DNA from: an uncultured Gammaproteobacteria bacterium
Lineage (GTDB): Bacteria; Patescibacteriota; Patescibacteriia; Patescibacteriales; UBA12465
Direction: 5' to 3'
NCBI GenBank assembly: GCA_964408775.1
Contig: CAYPAP010000003.1
Location: 1-45,614 of the forward strand
DNA: 45,614 nucleotides
Part shown: piece by piece, positions 1-11,138 of the stretch
Position numbering within the stretch: position 1 is the first letter of the stretch
How the letters are laid out: each line of letters begins with the position of its first letter
The notes under the pieces: model-generated
What the model saw: the letters and a program-made list of their open reading frames with translations, nothing else
The model's database searches: none
What the model was told of the DNA's origin: nothing
Made by a program: the position numbers and the translations under genes

Positions 1-46
1 TAACAAGGCATCCGTAGCGGAAGCTGTGGATGGATCACCTCCTTTC
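1..46 (+). rRNA. rrs: 16S rRNA, 3' end only (partial)
   Basis: TAACAAGG, helix 45 (CATCCGTAGC-GGAA-GCTGTGGATG) and GATCACCTCCTTT anti-Shine-Dalgarno tail; exact mature end unknown. Confidence 0.97.
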
Positions 47-195
47 TAGGGAGATTCAGAATTTTAGATCATGTATTTAAAATTCTAGGTCGGCTCTTCT
101 GTTTACAGAAGAGACCTCATTAGCGATAATGGGGAAAAACTAAAAAGAATTGATGCCTATTAGCCTCAAAATAGCCAAAAAAATAACATAAAAAG

Positions 196-219
196 AATCG
201 CCGTTGGGCGGTTTTTTTT
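196..219 (+). terminator. Intrinsic terminator downstream of 16S rRNA
   Basis: AATCGCC-GTTG-GGCGGTT stem followed by a T run. Confidence 0.75.
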
Positions 220-277
220 ATTGGATAAAATTTTTTAAACATGTTATAATCTATAATAACAATTTTAAACAATTATT

Positions 278-1786
278 ATGAATTACGACGTTATTATTGG
301 TCTAGAAATCCATGCCGAAATAAATACCAAAAGCAAAATGTTTTGTTCTTGTAAGAATGACCCTTTTTATTCTAAGGCTAATTTTAATATTTGTTCCATT
401 TGCTTGGGGCACCCTGGGACATTACCTTTGCCCAACAAAGAAGCTATTGATAAAGTCCTATTATTAGGCCTAGCTTTAGATTGTCAGATTAATAAAATCA
501 GCAAGTTTGATAGAAAAAATTATTTTTATCCCGACTTACCTAAGGGCTATCAGATTTCTCAATTTGATTTACCTTTTGCCTACGGAGGAGTTTTAGAGGT
601 TAATAATCAAAAAATAGAAATAACCAGAATTCACTTAGAAGAAGATACTGGTAAATTAAATCATCCAACTGGTAAAAATTATACCTTAATTGACTTTAAT
701 CGAGCTGGAGTTCCTCTTTTAGAATTAGTTACTGAGCCAGTTATTAGAGATGCTATTACTGCTAGAATATTTTGCCAAACCTTTCAACAAATTTTGAAAT
801 ATTTGCAAATAAGTTCAGCTAATATGGAAAAAGGAGAGATGCGGTGCGAGGCCAATGTCAGTTTGCAGGCTAAAAAATCTTGGCGCCGGAGTTCGGATGG
901 GAAAATTGAGCCCATTAAAAAAGCCAAGTTGAACAATAAAGTGGAATTAAAAAATATTAATTCTTTTAAGTCTTTAGAGAAGGCTATTAATTATGAAATA
1001 AAAAGACAGTCCGAAATGCTAGACAAAGGCGAAGAAATTTTACCAGAAACTCGAGGTTATAATGAGAGCAAAGGTGAAACCTTTAGGCAGAGAGTCAAGG
1101 AAAGCGGAGCCGATTATCGCTATTTTCCCGAACCAGATATTTTACCGATAAAAATAGATTCTAAAAAATTAAAAGAATTAAAAGCCAAAATAATAGAATT
1201 GCCTCACAAAAAAAAGGTTCGATTTTTAGAGCAATATAGTTTATCTCCCGAAATATTAGATATTTTAGTTGATGATAAGGATTTGGCTGATTGGATGGAA
1301 ATGGTTATCTCAGAATTAAAAGAATGGGTTAGCTCTTCCGGTGAATCTTGGAAAAATCAGAGAAAAAAAATGAGCAAGCTAGCTTCCGACTGGTTAACTA
1401 GTGAGCTTTTTAAATTCCTTAAAAAAGATAAAAAAAATATTAAAGAAATTAAAATAAGTCCCGAAAATTTTGCTGAATTAATATTATTAATACATCAAGA
1501 AAAGCTAAATTCTAGTTCGGCTCAAAAGGTGCTAGAGATAATGTATGAAACTGGTGGAGATCCTTCTAATATTATGAATGAAAAAGGGTTGGAGCAGAAA
1601 AATGACGATAACTTTACTGACTTAGAAGATGTTGTTAAAAATATTTTAGAAAAACATCCTGTCCAATGGAGAGATTTTAAAAATGGAAAAGAAACCTTAC
1701 TTCAATTTTTTATTGGTAAGGTTATGGCTGAAACTGGAGGCCGATTTAATCCTAAAAAAATAATTGAAATAATTAAGAAAAGCTAA
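278..1786 (+). CDS. gatB: Asp/Glu-tRNA amidotransferase subunit B
   Basis: [43 protein letters not shown] motifs. Confidence 0.97.
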   Translation: MNYDVIIGLEIHAEINTKSKMFCSCKNDPFYSKANFNICSICLGHPGTLPLPNKEAIDKVLLLGLALDCQINKISKFDRKNYFYPDLPKGYQISQFDLPFAYGGVLEVNNQKIEITRIHLEEDTGKLNHPTGKNYTLIDFNRAGVPLLELVTEPVIRDAITARIFCQTFQQILKYLQISSANMEKGEMRCEANVSLQAKKSWRRSSDGKIEPIKKAKLNNKVELKNINSFKSLEKAINYEIKRQSEMLDKGEEILPETRGYNESKGETFRQRVKESGADYRYFPEPDILPIKIDSKKLKELKAKIIELPHKKKVRFLEQYSLSPEILDILVDDKDLADWMEMVISELKEWVSSSGESWKNQRKKMSKLASDWLTSELFKFLKKDKKNIKEIKISPENFAELILLIHQEKLNSSSAQKVLEIMYETGGDPSNIMNEKGLEQKNDDNFTDLEDVVKNILEKHPVQWRDFKNGKETLLQFFIGKVMAETGGRFNPKKIIEIIKKS

Positions 1787-1798
1787 TATTTATTTTTC

Positions 1799-4258
1799 AT
1801 GTCTAATTTAATAAAGATAAGAGGGGCTCGGGTTAATAACTTAAAAAACATTGACCTAGATATTCCTCGAGATAAATTTGTTGTGGTGACCGGTCTTTCT
1901 GGGTCAGGGAAATCATCCCTGGTTTTTGATTTGATTTATGCTGAAAGTCAAAGAAGATATGTAGAATCTCTTTCCTCTTATGCCCGTCAGTTTATTGGTC
2001 TTATGGATAAACCCGATGTTGATTTAATAGAGGGATTAATTCCAGCTATTTCTATTGACCAACGTTCGGCTAGTAATAATCCTCGATCTACCGTTGGCAC
2101 AGTTTCCGAGATTTATGACTATCTTCGACTATTGTTTGCTAAATTGGGTGATGTTTATTGTGAAGAGTGTGGGATAAAAATGCAGTTAAGAAAAATAAAT
2201 TCTAAAAATAGCTCTAAAAGAGAGTCTAAATTAGTTTGCCCAAAATGCGATAAAGAGAGATCCGAGTTAAAAGCTGTTGATTTTTCTTTTAATTCTAGCC
2301 AGGGAGCCTGTCCTGCTTGCGGTGGCCTAGGGGTCAAGACAGAGGTGGACCCTAGCGCTGTTTTAAATCTAAAATTAAATATTCCCCAGGGAGCGATTAA
2401 GCCTTGGCTTCATTATAATTTTGATAATCAAAATAATTTAATAAAAGAAATACAAAGTTTGGCCGATCGTCATAAATTTGATTTTTCAGCTCCCCTAAAG
2501 ATGTTATCTAAAAAAGAGCTTAGTTTAATATTAAATGGGGATCAGTTTTACGAGGGTGTTTTACAGGGCTTGCGAGATAAATACCAAGAAACTGATTCTA
2601 ATTATATTAGGCAAAAAATAAATCAATATATGAAAATGGTGGAATGCCCGTCTTGTCAGGGTCAGAGATTAAGGGATAATATTTTAGCTGTTAAATTTCA
2701 AGGGCTAAGTATAAATGACGTTTCTAATAAAAATATAGAGAAGTTAAAAGATTTTTTTAAGAAGGAGAGTAAAAATTTCAAGTTTTTAAATAATCAAAAA
2801 ATGATATTTGATTCCATTAGTAAGGAAATTATTTTGCGAGCCGAAAGTATCTTAAATGTTGGATTGGCCTATCTTTCTGTTGGTCGTCCAGCTACAACCT
2901 TGTCAGGAGGAGAATCACAGCGACTTCGTCTGGCACATCAAATCAGCTCTAACTTAGTAGGCCTTCTTTATGTGTTAGATGAACCATCTATCGGCTTACA
3001 TCCTAAAGATAATGAAAGTTTAATTGCAACTCTAAGAAACTTAAATAATAAAGGGAATGGTGTTATAGTTATAGAACACGACACTAAAATGATGTTGTCG
3101 TCTGATTATATTTTAGATATTGGTCCTAGAGCCGGTGAACATGGCGGAGAGGTTATTTTTTCTGGTTCTTTGGACAAATTTAAGAAGAATAAAAGCTCTC
3201 TTACTGCTCAATATCTTTTTGGTGATAAAAGAGTTCCCACCCCAATTAGCTATAGAAAAAATAATGGTAATTATTTAAAAATAATCGGGGCTACTGAAAA
3301 TAATTTAAAAAATATTAATGTTGATATTCCATTGGAAAATCTGGTTGTTATAACTGGGGTATCTGGCTCTGGAAAGTCAACTTTAATGATAGATATCTTA
3401 GCCAAGGCTTTAAATAAGAAATTTTACAGATCCAAAGAAGATCCGGGTGAGCATAAAGCCATAGTTGGTTCTGAGTGGATAGACAAGATAATTGATATTG
3501 ATCAATCTCCCATTGGTCGGACTCCTCGTTCTAATCCAGCAACTTATACTGGCGTATTTTCTTATATTAGAGATTTGTTTGCTTCTTTACCAGAGGCCTC
3601 TAAAAAAGGTTTAAAGCCAAGGCATTTTTCTTTTAATTTAAAGGGAGGGCGCTGTGAAAAATGTCAGGGAGATGGTTTATTAAAGGTTGAGATGCAATTT
3701 TTACCAGATGTTTATGTAAAATGTGATGAGTGCTCAGGGCAGAGATATCAGGCCGAAGTTTTGAGCATTAAGTATAATAATAAAAACATTTTTGAGGTAC
3801 TAGAAATGACTATAGAGGAGGCTGTTAAGTTTTTTAATAGTGAAAAAAATATTAAGGCTAAGCTAGAGGTTTTAAATAGTATTGGTCTAGGTTATATTAA
3901 ATTAGGACAGAGCGCTACCACCTTATCAGGTGGAGAATCTCAGAGAATTAAGCTGGCCTATGAATTATCTCGTCCCTCTACTGGAAAAACTCTGTATATT
4001 TTAGACGAGCCCACTACTGGCTTGCATTTTGAGGACGTCAAAAATTTATTAAAAGTTTTACATGGCTTGGTCGACAAGGGAAACACTGCTTTAATTATTG
4101 AACATAATTTGGATGTAATAAAATCGGCTGATTGGGTAATTGACTTGGGGCCAGAGGGAGGTGATAAGGGCGGAGAAGTAGTGGCCTGTGGTCCTCCAAA
4201 AGAAATTATTAAGGTTAAAAAAAGTTTTACTGGTAAATATCTAAAAGACATTTTATAA
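1799..4258 (+). CDS. uvrA: Excinuclease ABC subunit A, short form lacking most of the UvrB-binding domain
   Basis: Two ABC cassettes ([16 protein letters not shown]; LSGGESQR twice), CxxC zinc modules, [12 protein letters not shown]; 819 aa. Confidence 0.92.
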   Translation: MSNLIKIRGARVNNLKNIDLDIPRDKFVVVTGLSGSGKSSLVFDLIYAESQRRYVESLSSYARQFIGLMDKPDVDLIEGLIPAISIDQRSASNNPRSTVGTVSEIYDYLRLLFAKLGDVYCEECGIKMQLRKINSKNSSKRESKLVCPKCDKERSELKAVDFSFNSSQGACPACGGLGVKTEVDPSAVLNLKLNIPQGAIKPWLHYNFDNQNNLIKEIQSLADRHKFDFSAPLKMLSKKELSLILNGDQFYEGVLQGLRDKYQETDSNYIRQKINQYMKMVECPSCQGQRLRDNILAVKFQGLSINDVSNKNIEKLKDFFKKESKNFKFLNNQKMIFDSISKEIILRAESILNVGLAYLSVGRPATTLSGGESQRLRLAHQISSNLVGLLYVLDEPSIGLHPKDNESLIATLRNLNNKGNGVIVIEHDTKMMLSSDYILDIGPRAGEHGGEVIFSGSLDKFKKNKSSLTAQYLFGDKRVPTPISYRKNNGNYLKIIGATENNLKNINVDIPLENLVVITGVSGSGKSTLMIDILAKALNKKFYRSKEDPGEHKAIVGSEWIDKIIDIDQSPIGRTPRSNPATYTGVFSYIRDLFASLPEASKKGLKPRHFSFNLKGGRCEKCQGDGLLKVEMQFLPDVYVKCDECSGQRYQAEVLSIKYNNKNIFEVLEMTIEEAVKFFNSEKNIKAKLEVLNSIGLGYIKLGQSATTLSGGESQRIKLAYELSRPSTGKTLYILDEPTTGLHFEDVKNLLKVLHGLVDKGNTALIIEHNLDVIKSADWVIDLGPEGGDKGGEVVACGPPKEIIKVKKSFTGKYLKDIL

Positions 4259-4265
4259 TTTTTGT

Positions 4266-5075
4266 ATGGCAAAAAATAAGAAAATAAAAAAAGTTGGTTT
4301 AGCTCTGGGGAGTGGGGGTTTCCGAGGGCCAGCTCATATTGGGGTTTTAAAAGCTTTGTGCGACAATGGAATAAAAATTGATTTTATTAGTGGTAGTAGC
4401 GCCGGAGCTATTGTTGCTGCTCATTATGCTATCTTTAAGGACCCCAAAAGAGCCGAAAAAGACATATTAAAACAACAAGATAATAAATATTATTATTTAA
4501 GAGATTTAAACTTGAGCAATGGATTATTAAGTGGTAATACTTTAGAAAAAAATTTTTCTAAAATGTATGAAGAGGCCAATTTTTCCGATAGTCATATTCC
4601 TTTGGCCGTAGTTTCTACTGACTTGGTGACTGGGGATCCTTTTGTTTTTAAAAAGGGGAGTGTTGCCAAGGCGGTGCGAGCCAGTGCATCCCTGCCTTTT
4701 ACTTTTAAGCCCTTAAAATATGAAGGTAAGGTTTTGATAGACGGAGGTATTTCCGAGCCTGTTCCTGACAAAATCTTAAAAGAGATGGGGGCTGATGTAG
4801 TTATCTCTGTTAGTTTGTATAATAAGCGTAAATTTTTAAATGGTAAGTTTACCCTACCCAAGGTTGTAAATCGTGCTGTTGAAATCTCTTTGTTAAACGC
4901 TTCCAATAGGAGTATGGATCATTCAGATATTATTATAAACCCAGACACCTCTCATTATGCTAGCGCTCCTCGTTTGAAATCTTATTTTAGTAGTAAAATA
5001 TCTTTAGAAATAATAAAAATCGGCGAAAAAGCGACGATTGATAAGCTATCGGAGATTAAAAAGATGCTAAGATAA
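4266..5075 (+). CDS. Patatin-like phospholipase (RssA/NTE family)
   Basis: GSGGFRG glycine loop, GSSAG nucleophile, DGG motif. Confidence 0.9.
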   Translation: MAKNKKIKKVGLALGSGGFRGPAHIGVLKALCDNGIKIDFISGSSAGAIVAAHYAIFKDPKRAEKDILKQQDNKYYYLRDLNLSNGLLSGNTLEKNFSKMYEEANFSDSHIPLAVVSTDLVTGDPFVFKKGSVAKAVRASASLPFTFKPLKYEGKVLIDGGISEPVPDKILKEMGADVVISVSLYNKRKFLNGKFTLPKVVNRAVEISLLNASNRSMDHSDIIINPDTSHYASAPRLKSYFSSKISLEIIKIGEKATIDKLSEIKKMLR

Positions 5076-5082
5076 TTTCTTG

Positions 5083-5868
5083 TTATAGATTCAGCTTCTT
5101 AATATCTCTTATAATATTTTTGTGATTTTTTTTATTACTAGCTACAATATCGGGACTTTCTAAGTTCCATTTTTTATTGGAGAAATCGGTAACAATTCCT
5201 CCGGCTTCTTCAACTAATAAAACTCCAGCAGCAACATCCCATGAATTAGCTCCGGGGATAACTAGGGATTCAATTCGCCCGCAGGAAACATAGGCCAATT
5301 CGATAGCAGCGCTTCCTAATTGTCGGCAATCCAGACCATTCATTTTTTGATAAGAAAAATATTTTACAGCCTTTTTAATGTCAGATTTTTTTCTACTATG
5401 ACAAAAAGTGTTTATATTTTTGTCCTTTTCGGTTGTCGAAACTTTTATTTTTTTACCATTTAAATAAGCTCCTTTCCCTTTTTCGGCTACATACAGCTCA
5501 TTTAGCATTGGGGCTAGTATTATTCCTAAAACAACCTCTTTCTTGTAAAGTAGCGCCACTGAAATTGACCAAAGGGGATTATGAATAGAGAAGTTAGTGG
5601 TTCCATCTATCGGATCTATAATCCATAAAAAATCAGATTTATTTTTATTGTAACCACTTTCTTCAGCCAAGATTTGATGGTCAGGAAAATGCTTTTTTAT
5701 TTCCTCGGTGATCATTTTTTCTGATAATAAATCATATTTTGTGACTATTTCATGCCTAGCTTTTAGTTTTATCTTGCTCCTATCAAATTTTTCATACTCC
5801 TTTTTAAGCATTTCTCCAACTAAGGATATATTTTTAATAGCTATTATTTTTATTTTTTTTAATTCCAT
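5083..5868 (-). CDS. suhB: Inositol monophosphatase family protein (SuhB-like)
   Basis: AEES, WIIDPIDGTTNF, WDVAAG motifs. Confidence 0.88.
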   Translation of the reverse strand: MELKKIKIIAIKNISLVGEMLKKEYEKFDRSKIKLKARHEIVTKYDLLSEKMITEEIKKHFPDHQILAEESGYNKNKSDFLWIIDPIDGTTNFSIHNPLWSISVALLYKKEVVLGIILAPMLNELYVAEKGKGAYLNGKKIKVSTTEKDKNINTFCHSRKKSDIKKAVKYFSYQKMNGLDCRQLGSAAIELAYVSCGRIESLVIPGANSWDVAAGVLLVEEAGGIVTDFSNKKWNLESPDIVASNKKNHKNIIRDIKKLNL

Positions 5869-5872
5869 ATTT

Positions 5873-6364
5873 TTATAAATGCATTAATTTTAATTTTAAT
5901 TTTTTTGTTGTTGTGTCAAAGATTGCAAAACTTGGTCTTTGAAAGACTCCCCCTAATGTTCCTGGGTTTGCCATGGTAGCTTTATTTTTTATAGATATCC
6001 AAGGCTTATGAGTGTGTCCATAAAAAACAAAGTCCAAATTAGGCTCTTCTTGAAATAATTTTCTTATGAAGCCTGGTTCGTGACAAAGACCTATTTTTAA
6101 ACCGTCTATTTCTATGACCTTCAATCTTTCCAGGTAGTTAATATTTTTGTAATTATCTAAATCTGATTCAGGATAGATTTCAGCATTACCATAAATTAAA
6201 AAAATCTCTGAAGAGAAATTTTTAGCTAGCTTTTTTAAGGTTTCAGAATTAGTGATATCTCCTAAACATATAATACTCTGGATATCTGCGTCTTTAATTG
6301 TTTGAAAAAAAATATCTAAATTAGCTAGATTATCATGAATATCAGAAATAATAGCTATTTTCAT
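5873..6364 (-). CDS. YfcE/MJ0936-type metallophosphoesterase
   Basis: SDIHDN, LGD, GN, GHTH, NPG motifs. Confidence 0.88.
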   Translation of the reverse strand: MKIAIISDIHDNLANLDIFFQTIKDADIQSIICLGDITNSETLKKLAKNFSSEIFLIYGNAEIYPESDLDNYKNINYLERLKVIEIDGLKIGLCHEPGFIRKLFQEEPNLDFVFYGHTHKPWISIKNKATMANPGTLGGVFQRPSFAIFDTTTKKLKLKLMHL

Positions 6365-6367
6365 AAA

Positions 6368-6940
6368 TTATAATTTCCTTAAGTTTATTTCGTAGTCCAT
6401 TTGTTCTATTTTCTTAAGGTTGTTCCGAGCTTGATCATATTTGGTTCTTAGATATCCAGTAATATCAAAGTCAATTAATTCGTTTAAAACCTCGTTTATT
6501 ATTTCTTTTATTTTTCCAATTTCAGAGAATTTTTTATCTATAGCCTTATTAGTGGCTAGGCGAACCAGTTCTCCGGTTAAATCGCATAAACCACCCAGAT
6601 ATGATTCTAGGGGAAGCTCTATTTCTTTTATTTTTCCGATTTTAGAGGTAGTAATAAAATTAAAAAATAATTTAGCTTCAGCATATTCTTCCAGGCCGGC
6701 CATAAAAGATCCTTCGGTGGTTGCTCGATCCATTCCAAAATCACTTTTTATTTTTTTTATAACATCCTCATTTTCCTCTAGTCTTTCCTTCGCCAATTCC
6801 ATGTCGTTTCGATGTATGGCAAAAATAGCCTTTTTAGAATTATTTAATATTAAGTTAGAGCGACTAATAATTTGCCTTCTTTCACTGTTTTTTTCTAGAT
6901 AATTTTTCTTCAAATTGCTTACAAATTTCTTGTCTATCAT
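6368..6940 (-). CDS. Translin/TRAX family protein
   Basis: SKKAIFAIHR, LEEYAEA, YLGGLCDLTGELVR, LRTKYD motifs. Confidence 0.85.
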   Translation of the reverse strand: MIDKKFVSNLKKNYLEKNSERRQIISRSNLILNNSKKAIFAIHRNDMELAKERLEENEDVIKKIKSDFGMDRATTEGSFMAGLEEYAEAKLFFNFITTSKIGKIKEIELPLESYLGGLCDLTGELVRLATNKAIDKKFSEIGKIKEIINEVLNELIDFDITGYLRTKYDQARNNLKKIEQMDYEINLRKL

Positions 6941-6957
6941 TTTTTTAAGTTTAATTT

Positions 6958-9900
6958 TTATTTGGCTGATCTGAAAACCTCGTCAATTGTTGTTAGACCA
7001 ATTAAGGCCTTTAAAATTCCATCTTGCAAGATAGTGGTCATGCCATTTTCAATAGCGACACTTTCTATTTCGTGGTCGCTCACATTTTGATCTATAATCA
7101 TTTTTTGAATATCTGGGGTGATAGTTAGGACCTCATATAAGCCTAAGCGCCCCTTATATCCGATATTATTACACTTTTCGCAGCCCTTTCCTTTGTAGAA
7201 TTTTATTTCGGACGGAACGTGGAAGTCTTTTGCTTTTATCCCTGATAAAATATTATTAATTTCTTTTAATATCTCTGGTTCTAGAGTAACCTCTTCTTTT
7301 TCGCAGTGAGGGCATATTTTCCTTACTAATCTTTGACCAATAGAACATTCTAAAGAGTTTGCCAACATAGACCTTTCTACCCCTAATCCCATAAAACGAG
7401 AAACCGCTCCAGCAGCGCTGTTGGTGTGGACAGTAGAAAGAACTAGGTGTCCGGTCATGGCGGCTTCTATGGCTATTTTAGCAGTCTCGGAGTCTCTAAT
7501 TTCTCCGATCATCATAATATTAGGATTTTGACGTAATAGTGATCTCATAGCGGCAGCAAAAGTGTAGCTACTTTCATTGTCAATTTGAGTTTGGATTATT
7601 CCTTCCATTTGATACTCAATTGGATCTTCAACTGTTATAATTTTAACATCAGGCGTGTTTAATGTTTTCAAAACACTATATAGGGTGGTTGTTTTTCCAC
7701 TACCAGTTGGCCCGGTAGTAAGAATGATACCCTTTGTTTTTTTGATAGACCGTTTTATAACGGGCAGGTCGTAACTAGAAAATCCAAGCTTTTCTAATTC
7801 TAAAGCCTCTCCTCCACCGGTAAGTAGTCGGACTACAATAGTTTCACCAAATCCTCCAGATATTATTGAGACACGACAATCCAGTTTCCTTTCGGCCATG
7901 GCAATAGTAAATCGCCCATCCATAGTAGCTTTTTTAATGTTGGTTTTGAACCCGGCTAATATTTTGAACTCTCCTAAAAGAGGCAGAAATAAGTCTTTGG
8001 GTAAATCAAACATATCGTGCAGGATTCCATCAATTCGGAGGCGGATTTTTACACTTCTTTCAGTTGGCTCAATGTGCAGATCTCCGGCATCGGATTCTAC
8101 AGATAGTGCTAATAATATAGTGATGATATCCTTGGTAGATACTTTTTTTATTGTTTCAGCTAGTTTGCTAGGGTCTTTTATCATTTCTTTGGCTAGGTTT
8201 AGGTCCTCGACTTTTATTTTTATACCACGACCAATTGTTTGCGATATGGCAATATCATATAATTCATCGACATAGTCAAAGTTTCCAACAACTCGATAAA
8301 CCTCTTCTAGACTAGTTATTCCATCCATGGCCTTTAATATTCCATCTTGAAGCATAGTTACCATTCCGTTCTCAATAGCTTGCTGCAGTATTTTAAAAGA
8401 GGGTGCACTTTCCATTGTTAATTGCTTTAGCTTGTCGTCCATGGTAAATATTTCATAAATTCCAGTTCGTCCCTTATAGCCTATGCCAGCACAATTTTCA
8501 CATCCGGGTCCAGATTTATAAATAGCTGGTAAAATTGTTGGAATATCTATTTCAGACTTTGGTGATATTACTGCTAATATTTTCTTAACTAAAAATTCCT
8601 CCTCTTCATTTAATTCATGAACCTCTCTGCATTCAGTGCAAAGTTTTCGAATCAATCTTTGACCCACAACAGCATTTATAGCTGGAACTAAAAAATATGG
8701 TTTAATTCCAATGTCTATCATTCTAGGTATTACTCCAGAGGCGTCGTTGGTGTGCAAGGTTGATAAAACTAGGTGCCCGGTTAAGCTAGCCTGAACTGAT
8801 ATCTCGGCTGTTTCTAGATCTCTGATTTCTCCAACCATAACTATGTTGGGATCTTGACGTAAAATAGAGCGCAAGCCTGAGGCAAAAGTATAATCTTTTT
8901 TAGGGTCAATTTGGCTTTGATTTATGCCTTCTAATTGGTATTCAATAGGGTCCTCTAATGTAATTATTTTAGCATTGGGTTGATTTAATTTATTTAAAAC
9001 AGCATATAAAGTAGTAGTCTTACCGCTACCAGTTGGACCAGTTGTTAGAATTAGTCCGTTGGGTCTTTTGATTTCTTTTTTTAAAATTTCATAAGATTGG
9101 GATCTAAGACCCAGGTCCTCAAAGGAGAGGCCAACGGCGCTAGATCTAAGGATTCTCATTACTACACTCTCTCCAAAGGCGGTTGGTAAAAAGGAGGATC
9201 GAACATCAACGTGCTCTTTTTCTAAGAAAATAGTGAATCTTCCGTCTTGTGGTTTATCTTCGATGTTTATTTTTACTCCAGCTAATATTTTCATACGAGA
9301 AACTATCTTTTTCCACTTTTTTTTATCAACCGTAGCAGCTTCTTGTAAGACGCCGTCAATTCGGAAACGGATAACGATTCCTTCACTTTCAGCTTCGATA
9401 TGAACGTCGCTGGAATTAGATTTTAGAGCAGTCGCTAGTATTAACGTAACAACATCAGAGACGTTAACTTCGTTTATTTTTTCGTTAAGACTTTTATAAC
9501 TAGTAATAACATCCTCAAACTCTAGCAAGTCCTCTTCACTTATTTCTACTCCCTTTATATTTTTTTTAACCTTAGGGATAGTTTTGTAAAGATCTAGTCC
9601 TTGTTTCAAACTATTTTCAGACATTAGATAGATATTGCTCTTAGTAAAATAGGCTTTATTAATTTCATCATTTATTTTTTTTATTTCAGGGTTTTCGGGG
9701 TTAGTGGTGGCCAATCTAATGTTTTCACCGTCATAAAAAAAACAGATTATTTTATTTTTTATAGCATCCTCCTCGGGTATTAATGAAAGAGCCTCGGGGC
9801 TTATAGGGAAGCCGAATAAACTAATATAAGACAGACCTAGGGATTGTGCCTTGGCCTGCGTCTGCCTTTCTATTTCTTTGTTTTTTATTTCTTCTTGCTT

Positions 9901-9981
9901 ACTTAAAAATTTAGCCTGTGTGCTGGAACTGTTTTTTTTATTATTTTTAAGTAAACTAGAAATTGAATCGAACTCACTCAT
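6958..9981 (-). CDS. pilB: Type IV pilus/T2SS assembly ATPase with two tandem ATPase domains
   Basis: Two copies each of RxRIDG, TGPTGSGKTTTLY, EDPIEY, GEIRD, TGHLVLSTxHTN and CxxC...CxxC. Confidence 0.92.
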   Translation of the reverse strand: MSEFDSISSLLKNNKKNSSSTQAKFLSKQEEIKNKEIERQTQAKAQSLGLSYISLFGFPISPEALSLIPEEDAIKNKIICFFYDGENIRLATTNPENPEIKKINDEINKAYFTKSNIYLMSENSLKQGLDLYKTIPKVKKNIKGVEISEEDLLEFEDVITSYKSLNEKINEVNVSDVVTLILATALKSNSSDVHIEAESEGIVIRFRIDGVLQEAATVDKKKWKKIVSRMKILAGVKINIEDKPQDGRFTIFLEKEHVDVRSSFLPTAFGESVVMRILRSSAVGLSFEDLGLRSQSYEILKKEIKRPNGLILTTGPTGSGKTTTLYAVLNKLNQPNAKIITLEDPIEYQLEGINQSQIDPKKDYTFASGLRSILRQDPNIVMVGEIRDLETAEISVQASLTGHLVLSTLHTNDASGVIPRMIDIGIKPYFLVPAINAVVGQRLIRKLCTECREVHELNEEEEFLVKKILAVISPKSEIDIPTILPAIYKSGPGCENCAGIGYKGRTGIYEIFTMDDKLKQLTMESAPSFKILQQAIENGMVTMLQDGILKAMDGITSLEEVYRVVGNFDYVDELYDIAISQTIGRGIKIKVEDLNLAKEMIKDPSKLAETIKKVSTKDIITILLALSVESDAGDLHIEPTERSVKIRLRIDGILHDMFDLPKDLFLPLLGEFKILAGFKTNIKKATMDGRFTIAMAERKLDCRVSIISGGFGETIVVRLLTGGGEALELEKLGFSSYDLPVIKRSIKKTKGIILTTGPTGSGKTTTLYSVLKTLNTPDVKIITVEDPIEYQMEGIIQTQIDNESSYTFAAAMRSLLRQNPNIMMIGEIRDSETAKIAIEAAMTGHLVLSTVHTNSAAGAVSRFMGLGVERSMLANSLECSIGQRLVRKICPHCEKEEVTLEPEILKEINNILSGIKAKDFHVPSEIKFYKGKGCEKCNNIGYKGRLGLYEVLTITPDIQKMIIDQNVSDHEIESVAIENGMTTILQDGILKALIGLTTIDEVFRSAK

Positions 9982-9990
9982 AAATTGTTT

Positions 9991-10980
9991 TTAATTTTCT
10001 TGGAACATTCTTTCTAATTTACTTTCTCCCCCCTTGTTCCTAAGTTGAATGAATAAATCGGTCCAAGACGCTATTTGGAAGGTGTTTAATAAAGCTCCTC
10101 CTAGTATCATTACGATTAAAAGGAATAAGGCTCCCAAAGCTAATATTAGCCAGAATAAAAATCCCGATGATAATATAAGCATGGATGATAATGCAAGTCC
10201 AAATAAAAGGAAGAAACCGATAAAGGATATTATAGATATTAATAGTATCGCTATTATGTTGATAAAAAATAATACAATGGTCATTTCTATGCTGATTAAC
10301 CAATTTTGAACGAATAGCCTCCATCCATGTTTGATAGCCTGAAAAAATGGTTTATTTTCAATAACTATATAGGCAATAGCATATTTTATCATGAAGGATA
10401 AAAATAGAGATATAGGAATAAATACTAGAAATATGACTCCGTATAAAACAGTGGACAAGCTTTGATTTTTTATAATAACTAGTATTAATAAAAAGCTAAT
10501 TAATAAATAAATAACATTTATAATAATACTAATTAAAAGATTCATAAAAAAGACTGGCCAGAATTTTTTAGTTCCTTTTTTAAGTCCGATTTTTATATTT
10601 AACTTTTCTTTTTTCCCTTTGATAATTCTATTAATGGCGTCAATTATGCCGACTTGAGAAGAGGTTGACAGCCAGGCAAAAAAAGCAATTAGACCTAACA
10701 CTATCAGCAAGACTACAAGTAGAAAAATTATAGATTTTGGGTCTGTTTTAAATAATCCTAAAATATTTGCCCAGGCGTCTTTAGAAAATACCCCAGTGCT
10801 TAAAAACATTTGTAAATTATTTAGAGATTTAATACCAGACTCCTGGTTGAAGGCTTGGGCTATAACCTTGAATTCAGCGGTAAAACTTATAATTGAGGCA
10901 AAAAATCCGAAGAACCACAAAAAGCGATTTTTCCAGGATATTCTCCAGGCTTGTTTCAAAATAGCTCTATAAGATAGCAT
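9991..10980 (-). CDS. Polytopic membrane protein of unknown function
   Basis: About six hydrophobic segments; 9 nt upstream of pilB in the same orientation. Confidence 0.8.
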   Translation of the reverse strand: MLSYRAILKQAWRISWKNRFLWFFGFFASIISFTAEFKVIAQAFNQESGIKSLNNLQMFLSTGVFSKDAWANILGLFKTDPKSIIFLLVVLLIVLGLIAFFAWLSTSSQVGIIDAINRIIKGKKEKLNIKIGLKKGTKKFWPVFFMNLLISIIINVIYLLISFLLILVIIKNQSLSTVLYGVIFLVFIPISLFLSFMIKYAIAYIVIENKPFFQAIKHGWRLFVQNWLISIEMTIVLFFINIIAILLISIISFIGFFLLFGLALSSMLILSSGFLFWLILALGALFLLIVMILGGALLNTFQIASWTDLFIQLRNKGGESKLERMFQEN

Positions 10981-11138
10981 AGTTTTAAAGTTTAATTTTA
11001 AATTAATTTATATTAAAATTATAACATATTTTTAAAAAATGTAAAAGAAAAATGATGCCTAATTTCAGTTTGCCAAAAAATAATAAATAATATACAATAT
11101 TTATGTATTTATAAGCTAAATATCTAATAAATAATAAT

